From the NCBI RefSeq assembly GCF_033153115.1, contig NW_026889750.1:868001-932000 (forward strand): DNA of 64,000 nucleotides, in the 5' to 3' direction. Of the stretch, positions 1-13,300 are shown in pieces (position 1 is the first letter of the stretch; each line of letters opens with the position of its first letter). The DNA comes from Saccostrea echinata. Lineage: Eukaryota. Under the pieces are notes generated by a model, which was not told where the DNA came from, did not search any database, and was given only the letters and a program-made list of their open reading frames with translations. The translations under genes and the position numbers were made by a program.

Positions 1-113
1 GAACATAACTGGGATATAGAGGTAATTAAAAAAAAAATACTCAAAAATAAGTGAAAACAAAGAAAAATATGATCTGTAGAATTTATAGGTAATAATTTTG
101 TTGATTACTGTAG

Positions 114-3100
114 ATAGCAGTACAGGATACTTTTAATAAAAGAGAAGGCGTCCCAAATGTATTTACTCAACCTGAGGGTGTTAATAATGAACCAAGAGAA
201 CCATCTATGAATTTACAACCCAATGATCAAAGGTAGGGGCACTATTTTTCAACTCAATATACAAATACAAAATATACAAAAAATGTAAATTGTTACAGTG
301 CATTTATTATTTGTGAGTTTTCTGTGCTTAAAGGCTATGTCACTATTTTAGATTATGCATAAATATTAGGGATGTCAACGAATATTCGAATATTCATTCG
401 ATGAGTTGATATTCGAATATGAATATAAGATTTGAATATTCGGTGTTTTTCAGATTTCATTAAAAAAGAAGTACTGTGATTAATAAATTTTGATTAGAAC
501 AATTCTGGAATTATCCCTGTTTAATTTACTAGCGATCAATTTCGATCGCCCGATTACTTTCACTATTTTCTTATCTTTTATAGATCTACTAAATTATTTT
601 GTTTTGAGTAAGGTGTTGAAGAATTATAACAATAATGCTTTATATAATACAAAACGTACTTTCATAATTTTTATTAGTTAAATACGATCGGATCTAGAAT
701 CGAGGACAACGAAATGAACAGTATACTTAATCAAAACAAATTTAATTGATCATTCAAATAAATGTCCGATAGAATTAGTCTGTAATTAATATTGTAAAGG
801 GCTCAATTTCAGAATAAATGTGTAAATTACTTGATTATCTCAGGTTGTACATAATCCTGAATTTTATATTCATTATCGGGAAATTAGTTGATTACTTAGG
901 AAAATTGTCTATGGAATTGTTTGTTTATATTTTAAAATCATTGTATCAAAGATTATAATCATATCTCTGATTAGGCTGATAATTGTAATTAATTACACGT
1001 ATTGGAATCTGAACAGTATACGACTATCTTGCCTTTGGCAAGGTGACTGGTTAATGAGTTGGTGCTACTATAAATACACATGTATCATTTGTTAAAATTA
1101 TACTTTTCAACATTTAAATCAATAACTAATTTATTTCAAACATTGACAAGTATCAAATGGAATCCCTTATTGTACATCTACAAAAGTATTTCAAATATAA
1201 GAATACCTACGCTAAACCTTTCATGAGAGTAGGATGATGCATATTTAAAATATACCAGATTTTATTTATTTTATCGAATATTCAAATATATTCGAATACT
1301 TTCATTGAATATTCGAATATGAATTATTGACAAAATTGACATCCCTAATAAATATGGATTTTATATTTTTTTTCTTAAGCTCTCATATGTTCGTTAAGAA
1401 GTGTTTGAAATTCCTAACATTAATTTTTCTGTTCATGTGTAGGGTTTTCACAGTGGCCAGACCTCCCCCGCAAGGCATTTTTCAGTGGTTGTACCACATC
1501 ATCTTCTTTCCCTTCCGTTTTGTGTACAGTTCTCTATTAGATTTAATAAGATTTACATGTAAGTACATAGAAGTACTATATTTGTATTGGGTCTCAGCAT
1601 TGCATATGTACTATATATACAATGTTTTTTTTTTTTGTTTACACAAGGAGACTCTTTGGCTTAAGATTCATTGATTGATGTTTATTTATAATTGCGTATC
1701 TTGGAAGAATTTTTTTTATGTGTTTGATTTGCATATTAATAGAAAAATGAAAGTAAGTGGCATTGTAGTCATGTAGTTGCTTGTTAAATACAGTACAAGC
1801 ATATACTGGAGAGCAGTCTTTAAATCATTTGATAAATTTTCTGTTGCAGTTAGACTGATTCGTCCAGACCCAAGGAGAAGTAAGTTTCACAAAGCTCTTT
1901 TGCAGTGGAATTTTCTTTAAATCATTGAATTGTGGGTACATTTATGAGCATTTTTTAAGAGTATATTTTAGTTATTTGGCGATATGTATAATGCACTTAC
2001 TATATTGCATGCCCCCCCCCCCCCCAAAAAAAAATGCCGAATGGCTTGTCATTGATCACAAAGATCAAAGTGGCCATCAAAATTGATATCTACAATATAT
2101 ATGCAATATTTTGTTTAGATAAAGCCTCTAGTCCTATTTGAAAGTTTATTTTGTAAAATATATACCTTATTTTGTTTTTATAGATGTAACAGACCCTGTA
2201 GGAGATGTAACAGCCTTTATATCGAAATACGAGGAGACACTCGGAGGCATACACCCAACATTTTACCAGGGTTCTTATAGTCAGGCAAGTGCTCAAAATT
2301 TTAACTGATGATAAAAAAAAGATATATTTTCGTCGTCTTAAATTTTATAGGGGTGTTGAAATAAACACATTTAATTGCTGTGTTGTTTAGAGTATACATC
2401 TATGATTCAGTCCAATCTTTTTATATCAAACTTCCTTGTACCGAGAAAAGATATTCGAGATATTAAGGTTAAAAAAGTAAAGAAAAAAAGAGTTTTATTT
2501 GGACTTCCAACTCACTTCGACATATCCATGGTATTAGGTGTATCATTGTTTGATATACCAAAGCTCAATTGTAATTTTTAAAAAAAAAAGAAATAGTATG
2601 TATATATCAGACAGTTCTAATGTAAAATATAGCTAACATGTATATTTATTTTTTTAGGCTTTGAATGATGCAAAGAGAGAGTTAAGGTTCCTATGTGTTT
2701 ATCTCCATGGTGATGATCACCAAGACACCATGGATTTTTGCAGGTAAGTCTGTAAAGGAAGTAATATGTAGATAAGGACAGTTTATACAGCCAAAACATT
2801 GAATACAGGTGATGCAAGCACACATGTAAGTTTGCAATTTATTAGCAATGCTCAAAATTAATATTTATACTTTAAACACTTATTCACTCTATGGATACTT
2901 CCAGTCATATTAAATGTGTTAAATCAATAAATTAATATATAAAATATTAATTAAATTTGAATTGAAATTTTGAACCGAATGTCCTCAATCTGACCGATTC
3001 AAACTTCATTTTTTTTTTTACATCAACATATATATCATTGACTTTGCATTGTTCAGTGGCAGTTTTGTAAGATACTGTGAATATATTTTATTTGTTGTGT

Positions 3101-6100
3101 CCGATATTTGGCGGAAATTGATTTTTCAACAAGTTAGCATAGATTTGATTTAGCCTTTCTAAATATGCTTTATATGAATACATATAAAGCATTATATAAC
3201 AAGACATTAAACAATGTATTTGATTAAGTAGAAGCTACTTTCCACAAAAGGAGCTAAATGGAATACACAGCTAAATGTAATATGTTTACAGTATATAAGT
3301 TAACTTGATTTAATTTTTATTTTGAACAGAAACACATTAGGAAATCAAGAAGTAATTGATTATATAAACACAAGGATGTTGTTTTGGGCATGCAATACAA
3401 ATAGTCCTGAGGGATTTAGAGGTGAGAAAATTAAACAATAAAATGCTTTCTTTGGTTGCTAGAATGGGAATTAATGTTGCAGCTGTTTGTACAAAAAAAA
3501 CAACCCACGTACATGTAAGTGGGCTATGTATTTTTTTCTGCAATAGCTGCAACATTAATTCTCATACTAACACACAAAGAAAGACATTTTTTGTTTATAT
3601 TTATTTCTTTACAAATAATCATAAAAGGTAGGATTAAATATTTGAAATATTGTATTATTGGTATGTACATCATTGTATGTTTCATTGATGGAAAAGCCAC
3701 TGCTCAAGAAATCTGTACAGTGGCTTGCTTAGCAGCATTAAAGTTTTGATAAATGACCATTTTCATAGGAAATAAAGGAGATAATATTCAGTGAATGTAA
3801 ATATGATAAAATATACAGACAAGTCATTGGGAGAAGTTAAAGTTGTCTTAAAATTTACATTCATGAAATATTTCTTCAGCCACTCCAATTCAAAGAGAAT
3901 TTTATTTTTTGTCTTTGTTATTTTTGTTTTCACTTGATAAATCTAACTGAGATTTTATTTTTTCTTAATTTTAATATCTTGCCCTTTTTTGCAGTTTCCA
4001 GGGCATTGAAAGAAAATACTTATCCCTTTCTTGCATTGATTGTCTTGAGACAAAACAGAATGACAGTGGTAGCACGGATAGAGGGACCTATAGGTAAGTG
4101 TTTACTTACAGCTGGAAGTGCAGGACATAAAAATGTATGACTTTGTTATTTGATCTGACATTGTTGATTACAGGACCCATAGAACTGATAGAGAAATTAG
4201 ACAGAATCATGCAGGATAATGAGGCATCCTTAATAGCAGCACGTGCTGAAAGGTATGAAATTAGTACAGATTGCTGAGTACATGTATCACATGAATTGTA
4301 CATGCATGGTTAAGTATATGTGTCACATTGTAGGAAATTTAACACATTGATATACCTCTTCCTTTCTCTGCATATTATAGTTTAATCTATTCCAGTATGG
4401 TTAACCCCCCCCCCCCCCACACACACACACAAACACAAAACACAGAATTTTCAATATTTTGGGGAAGAAAACAGCAATATAGTACATCTTTATATTAGGG
4501 ATGTGCAATTTTATCGGTATACTGGAGTATTGCAAATTTTTATTGCGTGATACGTATTGTGATACGGAGACTAAAATACCGGTATTTGGTTCCGAATTAT
4601 AAATTCTGGAAATCATTCATTTATTTGTTGAAACTTTTGAAAGACAATTACAGGAAGTGAAAAAATGTTGAAAACGGTTAAACAACGGCATCCAAACATG
4701 CTTTATATTAAATAAATAAAAATTTTAAAAGTAAAGTTATGTTTTTATAGCTTATTTTTAAGAAATATTACAGAAATTCCTTTGAAATTGTAGTAAAAAT
4801 TGTGTGTAAAAGTATCACGATTTATCGTGATATTTTTGGGAAAAAATCGTGATATATCACAATACGAAATTTTTGCCGATACCCATCCCTGCTTTATATG
4901 TTAGAATATATAAGGTATAATATGTAGATACTATGTTAAATTCTGTTACAGAGAAGAGAGGAACTTCACCCAGACATTGAGGAGGGAGCAGGATGCAGCA
5001 TACTTAGAATCCCTGAAAGCTGATCAGGAAAAAGTATGTATAGCATCTGGTCTACACAACAGCAGTTATTGATAACAATAAATGTACATGTTTTGTAGGT
5101 CTTTGTATTCTACATGTATATCCATAATACTTGCATAGAAATGTTATGCATTACATGAGAAAGTTGGTAAACAAGGATTTCATGAAAATGTGTTAAGAAA
5201 AGACCAATTGACAACACTTAAAATAACTCTGACATAAAGGAAAATCTCTAGAACTTATTCACAATTGCTTATCTTTTTGGAGTAAAAGTAAATTGAATTG
5301 GATTTTCTTTTCCATTGTTGACTCTCCGCTCTATTGACTGCATTTAATGCATTCTCTTTATACAAAAGTTGAGGTGGTGCTATATTTCCCACATTGGCAT
5401 CAGTGTTAGCATAAACATTCAGGTTAAAAGTTTTGGGAGTAAGTCCATTCCTAAGTAACTCTAACCCTTTTGAGACTTAAGTTGCATGTTCATTGGAAGA
5501 TTCATCTGGGGATGCATATTACCAGACTTGCTTCAGATGCTAGATCTAGGTTTTAGGGATGAATGACCAGGTTCAAGTTTTCAGAGCAAGACTGATTCCA
5601 AGTAACTAGAAGCCGTACCAAGACAAAACTTGCATTGATGATGCATCTAGGGAAACTCACTACCAGGCATGCTCCAGATCCTGGATCTGACCTACTTATT
5701 TTGGGATGCCGGGTGACCAGGTCTGTGATTTAGGAGCAAGTCTTTCCCAAAGTAAGTACATGTACAAATCTTATGGTGAACAGACTTGCATAGATGATGC
5801 ATGTAGGGGTGCACACTACCATACTTGCTTTGATGTTGCATCTGAGCTACATTTTCTGGATGATTGAATAGGCAATAGTTATAGGAGCAGGTCCATTCTC
5901 ATATAACTTAAATAGTCTGACCCAAACTAAGCTTGCATGGATGTTGCATTTACAGACGCACATTACCAGAACATTCATTTGGTATGAAAATGTGCCTTTA
6001 ATATTTCTAGATAATATTCACTGAGGTGAGCTTCATACTCTTTGATTATCCTTTGTTTTTAGGAAAGGAAGAAGAAAGAAGAACAAGATAAAATCAATCA

Positions 6101-6790
6101 AGAAAAACAGAGGCAGGTAGATGAAGAGAAGAAAAGACTACAGATGATACAGGTGATGATGGGAACTTTTTATTGAAAATATTTGTCATCCTAAGCAATC
6201 AGATTTAGACCAGATTTTTCCTCTCATTATTGTAGGAGAGAGAATTACTAAAAGAGAAATTAAAGAATGAAATCCCAGAGGAGCCATCAACTGATGACCC
6301 AGATGTTGTGAGAATCATTCTAAAGTTACCTCATGGGTCTAGGATAGAGAGAAGGTTTCTCAAAAATCAGTCATTAAAGGTGAGGTCAAAGGTGTGGAAA
6401 AGTAGGAAATTGAGTTATTTCCCTTGATAAATGCGGCATTGTTTGATCTGATGCCTGAGAAAATATAGATTTTTTTTTTGCCTTAGCTACACTTATGCAT
6501 ACAATACACGATTTGATTTCTCTGTGTAAGGCTACTTTTTCTTTCTTTTCAGTATTTACATCAATTTGCATTCCATCATTGTGTTATAAAATTCCTGTTT
6601 ACATTTTCAGTACTTACATTATTTTGCATTCTGTCATGAGGACTGTCCGGATGACTTTCACATAGTGACAAATTTCCCCCGAAGGACTTTGCCCTGTGAA
6701 CCACCCAGTCAGGGCCCCGACCCTCCCTCTTTTGTGGAGGCTGGACTAGGAAAGAATGAATTGCTCTTTGTTCAAGATAATGAGGCGTGA
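114..6790 (+). CDS. FAF2: FAS-associated factor 2 / UBXD8 (UAS + UBX domains), 5'-partial, 12 coding exons in window
   Basis: Exons 114-232, 1443-1558, 1850-1879, 2184-2284, 2658-2743, 3330-3421, 3995-4093, 4174-4252, 4951-5033, 6063-6152, 6236-6379 and 6611-6790 splice in frame. The protein includes RLIRPDPRRNVTDPVGDV..HPTFYQGSYSQALNDAKRELRFLCVYLHGDDHQD..NTYPFLALI..EQDAAYLESLKADQEK..NFPRRTLPC..EAGLGKNELLFVQD, which matches FAF2 motifs. TGA at 6788-6790. Confidence 0.95.
367..1347. mobile_element. hAT-like non-autonomous element in FAF2 intron
   Basis: TIR TAGGGATGTCAA...TTGACATCCCTA; 8-bp TSD ATAAATAT (359-366, 1348-1355); subterminal GAATATTC repeats. Confidence 0.9.
3075..3291. mobile_element. 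Tc1/mariner-like MITE (degenerate)
   Basis: TA|CTGTGAATATATT ... AATATGTTTACAG|TA: imperfect TIR with TA flanks. Confidence 0.55.
4496..4891. mobile_element. hAT-like MITE in FAF2 intron
   Basis: Ends TAGGGATG...CATCCCTG; 8-bp TSD CTTTATAT (4488-4495, 4892-4899). Confidence 0.85.
5360..6060 (+). repeat. Degenerate tandem array (about 4 units of about 148 bp), probably inside a HINE/Helentron-like element
   Basis: Recurring GAG(C/T)AAG..ATTCC / ACTTGCAT..GATGCAT.TAGGG / ACTACCAG blocks near 5438, 5584, 5733 and 5885. Confidence 0.6.
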
Positions 6791-8558
6791 TAGTTATTAT
6801 ATGTATGCTGCAGGAGAGAGGAAGAGATAGAGTGCAACATAATGTTGGAAGTTCCAAAGAAAAGGCAGGAAGAATGTGCAAATATTTATATAGATGGCAG
6901 TTGTGATTGTTTGAAGAATTGGAAAGCAAAGGCTGTTTTACTTTATGATTGTATTTACAAGAATGTTGTTAATTTAAAACCAGATTCTGTTGGTTGCTGT
7001 TGCACCTTTTGAACACAGTGTGTTCATATATTAAAACAGTTCATTTTCGCTCACCTTGGCAAAGTCAGAGCCTCAGCTATAGTGCCCCAGTAATCATAGA
7101 TTTATACAGGTCTAATCGTTTTACTAGCTTTAAGACCTACCTCAACCAAACTTTCATGATGTCCTGGTATCCATGCTTTGTCTTGCTTTGGATGCAGTTT
7201 CTTGACAGAAATATATTAAATAGGCCAGGTTTAGGTTTTAAAATACAACCATGAAATTGAATGACAATCTAAGGACTTCATTCTTGTTTCAGATGCTATT
7301 ATATTTTCAGATTTATCCTACAATGTTAACCTTGATAAAGAAAACAACTACAAAGAAATCAACCGATAGATCTTACTTATTGAACATTCAGTTGGTACCC
7401 CGAATTTGCCTCACTTTGACATTTGTTCAGGTGAGCTAGTAATCTACAATTACCTATGTTAATTTCAGAGCACTATAAAGATGAAGTGTTTTATATGGGG
7501 TTTTATTCAATATTGATCTTCAATGACAGGCAATAGGTTTTGCTGTAAAACAAGTCATATTTATGCATGTATTTATAAAACGTAGATTTTGAAAAATATT
7601 ACCCAAGTAGGTAAAAAAAAATTTGAAATCGTGAAATGTTACCAACACTGTTGATGTATGGAAATTGGCAGAATAAATGTATCTCAATTCATGTTGATTT
7701 TTTGATGGTTTCATGGTTTGGAATTTAGTTTTAAGCAGTGGAAATACCATATTATCTTACAATGACTATCGTATCTATAAATAAACTTGGTCTATTCAAC
7801 ATATTGTTTGTTTTTAAAGCAGAGTAAGAACAAGGTATACGGTTTCATTGCAAATCTTGAAAAAAGTGTTTTTCTTAAAAATGAAAGCGATGTAAAAAAT
7901 TAAAGCAATATGAGCTGCATTTTTGAGAATTTTATTTTACTGTCAAAAATGTATTATTGTTAAAAAATTGTACGTAATTTAAACCTTTTTGATCAATGAG
8001 TCAGAAATAAAATATCAACTTGTTTCAGAATAAAATATTCTATACAATCAAATAGATAGTATTATATAAGAAATCAATATTGTACAGGACTACAATAATG
8101 TAATTTTGCTTCAATCAAAGCTTATAAATAGTTCTTCCATCGCAAATATGAACAACAGAAGTTTATAAATGTTCTTTTTTCTATAATAGAAATATAGTTA
8201 ATTACAAACTTGCAACAAAAATTTCTGATATCAAAGTTGAAGCTCATATTGTTTTCATTGAAATTCCATGCAGAAAGATTATACAAATCATTTTTCTCAC
8301 ATGACCTTCTAAATGCTAATTGTGACGTCATAAACTAGTGCATTTTCCGGTATTTTCTTTAAAAGTTGCAGAAGACACCAATTTTCAATGGAATTTTCTT
8401 TCAGATAATATTGTACAAAGGAATTGTCCACAAAGATTTTGAGATATGTGATTTTTTTCAAAGAATTTTACACAACATATCCGAAAAATAAAGGGGGCGA
8501 CAGCTGTGGACACTATTTTCTTAAGGTAAATAACCCTTGAAATGGGTCATTTGAAGCT

Positions 8559-9928
8559 TTTTATACCCCCGAAATCAAAATTCGGGGGCATATAGTTTTT
8601 GCCCTGTCCATCCGTCTGTGTAGCTGTCTGTTTGTCCGCAAAAACTATAACCTTGCCCATAACTTTTGATTGGTTGGAGCTATAGCTTTCATATTTCATA
8701 TGTATATACCTTGTGACAAGACCTTTCTTTTGGTACCATTATATTTGACCTTGGGGTTTGACCCAGTTTTGCAAAATTTTACCCAACATTAACCTTGGCC
8801 ATAACTTTTGAACAGTTGGTGCTATGGCTTTCATACTTCACATATGTAATCCTTCTGACAAGACCTTACCTTGGATACCAAGAACTTTGACCCTTTGACC
8901 TACTTTTGAAAAACTTTAACCTTGGCCATTACTTTTGAACAGTTGGTGCTATGGCTTTCATATTCATATATAATCCTTGTGACAAGACCTTACTTTTGAT
9001 ACCACCAACTTCGACCTTTTGACCTTGACAATTGACCTACTTTTGAAAAACTTAAACCTTTGCCATTACTTTTGAGCAGTTGGTGTTTGGCTTTCATACT
9101 TCACATATGTCATCCTTGTGACAATACCTTACTTAGGATACCAAGAACTTGACCCTTTGACCTTGGAGGTTGACTAACTTTTAATAAACTTTAACCTTGG
9201 CCATTACTTTTGAACAGTTGGTGCTAGTGCTTTCATACTTCACATATGTAATCCATGTGACAAGACTTTACTTTGGATACCTACAACTTTGACCTTGACC
9301 CTGGAGTTTGATCTATTTTTGAAAAACCTTTAACCTTGGCTATTACTTTTGAACAGTTGGTGCTAGGGCTTTCACACTTCACATATGTAATCCTTGTGAC
9401 AAGACCTTTATTTGAATTCTAGCAACTTTGACCTTGACCTTGGAGGTTGACCTACTTTTAAAAAACTTTAACCTTGGCCATTACTTTTGAACAGTTAGTG
9501 CTAGGGCTTTCAAACCACATATGTATTCCTTGTGACAAGACCTTGCTTTGGATTCCAACAACTTTGACCTTTTGACTTTGACCTTGGAGGTTGACCTACT
9601 TTTGAAAAACTTTTATCTTGGCCATAACTTTTGAATGCTTGGTGCTAGGGCTTTCTTATTTCACATGTGTATTTCTTGTGAGAAGGCCTTTCCTTGGGCA
9701 CCATTAATTTTGACCATGACCTTGATGTTTGACTCACTTTTGAAAAAACTATAATCTTTTCCATATCTTTTCAATGGTTGCTGTAAGGGCTTTCATATTT
9801 CAAAGGTATATTCCTCGAGACAAGACCTTACTTTGGGTACCAACATATTTGATTTGCATTTGAGAAAGTTTAACCTCTGCTATGAGTTGCCATACAGGGG
9901 CATCAGTGTTTCACAAACACATCTTGTT
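8559..9928 (+). mobile_element. Helentron/HINE (DINE-1/pearl-like) non-autonomous element with internal satellite of about 9 units of about 138 bp
   Basis: 5' TTTTATACCCCCGAA..TTCGGGGG hairpin, a (GTCY)n-like tract, monomers anchored on AACCTTGGCCAT and CCTTGTGACAAGACC (8649, 8791, 8918, 9055, 9193, 9332, 9469, 9615, 9752), and a 3' hairpin GTGTTTCACAAACAC ending at TT. Confidence 0.8.
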
Positions 9929-10323
9929 CTGTTTAAAATAGAAAAATGCATAAAATTAATGACATCATATTTCCAGAATGGTACTCCTTCATGCCATATT
10001 CTTTCCTGATTTATCACAGTCATATACTTGACTAATATTTATGCCATTTTCAAAACTTTTGAAAACATTAATTTTTTAGGGCACAATAAAGCTAAAATGG
10101 CACCTTCTTCTTTAAATATAAAAAAAAATTAAGTGAAAAAGTTTATTTTCAATGCTTATACATGTATTTAATACATTAATAATCATTCAAAATTGTATTA
10201 TGCAAAAAAAAATAAAAAAAATTAAGGATTGTTGTATTAATATGGCACACAATGGCAATGAAAACTGCTCTGTTCAACAGAATAAAAAGTGTCTACATTG
10301 TACACTGAAAGGAAAGTTTTGTT

Positions 10324-13300
10324 TCACAGAATTCCTTTAAGAGGGGTATTTTTGGGTTCCTCCTCCTTCCAATGAGGAGGTTGAGTGGCCTGGAGGCTTG
10401 GACGAGCTGATGCCTTGTCAAAATATACCTTCAGATTTGGGAGTTTTTCTAGCTCCAGACCCATACGGACAGCAAAGGCAATGTATGGGTAAAAGTAGAC
10501 ATCGGCCATGCTGAAGTCTGGTCCTGCTAGAAAGGCTTTTGTCTGTAAAATACATATCAAGATAAGTAAAATACTGTGGAATCATCATTGTTTGTGGGGG
10601 ACCAATGTTCATGGATTTTGTGGGTCACCCTTACCCAAATATATACATCCCCATGAATGTTTATTTTGTAAACACATTGATACATTCAATCTACCGTTTA
10701 AACGAGTAACCCACAAAATTACGTCCCCACAAACAAGTACAGTTTTGCTTGCCCTTGAACACTGACCCCCACAAATTAAAATGATTCCACAGTACTGTAG
10801 TGTAATTTCAGTAATATAAAAATTCACAGTAGAAGTTTATTTTACTGTGTGAACTTCTGACTACTTTACATACAAAGAAGAATAAACATAATTACCTCCC
10901 CTAGGTAGCCCTCCCAGCGATTTAATTCTTCTTTCAGTGCATCCATCTTCTTTGTTACATCTTCCTATAATACACAACATAACTTAACAATGAGAAATGA
11001 ATTGTATGCATCTTGGTAAATGGAGGAAATATACAGTTGTAAGTTTTATTGATTAATAGAAATGAAAATTATAACGGGAGTTAACAAAATGTAAAACTTT
11101 TATATGTAGTCTCAGAAGGTATGTTAAAGCCGAATACGACTCGTAAATAGACATGTGCCGTATTTGTTATCCTATCTCCGCTATTAGCACTGGGGTATCC
11201 CCTTTGCATTAATTATACCTGACTGCTTTCTTGTCACGGGTACCTGCGTGGAATGGACAACACGAGTTCGTGTTGGTTTTCTTACTTTACCTTTCTTTAC
11301 AGTTTATTGCATTTTACGTGTATTTGTGTTTGTTTGTACTGCACTGACTTGTGTAACTGATGTAAGTTAAATCCGTAACTTTCTCTTCTGCCATGGAAGA
11401 AGCATACAGTTACTCTTGTCGCTACTGCGAGTTTTATAAGTTTTGTAGAATATGTCCGTCTACACCAGTGAAAACTGATTACATTGAACCTAAACCAAGT
11501 GAATGGCTTATACATGTATAAGGGCCGTACAGCTGATGGAAATTGCTGAATAAAATAGATCTCTGCCTTTTACCAATCGTGTTCACCTTTAACAAATGTA
11601 TACCAGTATGCAACTGTAACCATGGTAACTGACTTAAAATGATACTAGCATAAAACAAATCAATACCCCGGTATGGCATATTTTACCTCCTTTCGGTCCT
11701 CTTCTTTTGTTTGCCACATGTAGTAAATTACATCCAACATCATCTTTTGTTGCATGTTACTAGCAGCCTTTTATTAAATGAAGAGAAGAAATACGTGTAT
11801 AAATTACAGCTGGCTTTTACTGCAATTTGAATATTCTCTTTATCCAAGAGCTATTTAATGTCAGGACGCATCAAAATACTAAATTTTGATAGATTTTTCA
11901 AGCTCAGACAAGTTATTTATTAAAGCTATGGACATCATGCTAAAATTATTTTTTCACTAAAAGACAAATCAAATCGCGTTTATAGGAGAGGGAGAGGATG
12001 ATCTTAGATTAACCAAAATGAGACACTTTTACCTACCTCATGCATACGCTGTAGAACCTTTGCTCTTTTGGCTTTGTCATCAGGTATGAGCTTTGTACCA
12101 TTGCCTTTGTAAGTACTCTATAACAAAGCAAATAAAATCATGAAATAAAATGACACTCATTTTTTCTTGAAAAAATTATAAAGAACACTTACAAAGCTTA
12201 ATTAAGGTACACTGACCCTCTGATAAGGGAGATTACTCCAACCAGGATAAATGTCTATTACTCTTGTGTGATATTGTCAATTCAAAATGTAATTTATGTA
12301 TTTTTCACCATGATGAATAATTTGCATTTTAATTAAAATTTAGATTTCTTTGAAAAATCATAAGCGTTAAGGCAAAATTTTAGATGACGGATCAGGATTC
12401 ATGAACCTTATAAAGATGTCAAACCGTATAGTAGAAGGTCTTCTCAAATCAATACCTCTAAGTAATCACATATGGCATTGGATTCATTCACTACTATGTC
12501 ACCATCTTTGAATGTTGGGACCTGTTAGAAAAACAGAACAAAAAATATAACATAACATGCACTTCTCTAATCTTCTCTATGGTATTTCAAATTCTTATCT
12601 TTAGCTATTCTGGGTGAGTTGCACCGACCAAATTTCATTTTAAAATCACAAAATTGCCCTTAACTTGGAACAGGAACAAGAAGAAAATTTTCTTGTACAG
12701 TATACAGCTAATCACTTTACACTAATGTACAAAAAATATGTGTGAACAGTAAGCCAGTATGTGATAGTCAAATTTTTTTACTCTTAAACTTGTGGACTGT
12801 GGATTTTACCATAAAAATTGATTACCAGTAATCCCCATCCCAAGCATATTGAAATTTTGAATATAAAGTGGAGTAGCTAGAACATACTTTGCAAAAGGCT
12901 TCTATAAACTGAATTTAAAAATTTTAGCTTTCTTTTTCCTTTATATTCCTAACTTCATGAAAATGTATCTTTTTGTCGGCTGTTAAAAGTTGGACAACTG
13001 CAACACCTCTATATCAGGATTACATCTGCATATTTTATTGGAGGAAAATATAATTTTAATGCTTGACCTATGAAAAAAAAACAAGTAGGCCTAATGTTCA
13101 TTGCAATGATTCAACACACCCCACTCTCTGCGACTAGCAGTTTGCTGATATGGGAAGTTTTTAAGTTTGGATAGAGAGAGAGAGACTCCCTGCTTCCGTA
13201 AAACTCAAGGAATATGTATACATAATTATATATTTATCATGTTTATCGAAGTTACCACAACAAGTTTCCATCGAACACGTTGACATGGTTTTTACGTACA

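Noticed and set aside
6576-6929. 117-aa minus-strand ORF
   Set aside because: Antisense to the last FAF2 exon and its UTR.
7825-10093. Possible Kolobok-like element enclosing the HINE
   Set aside because: Only a ~10-bp imperfect terminal match, with TTAA on one side only.
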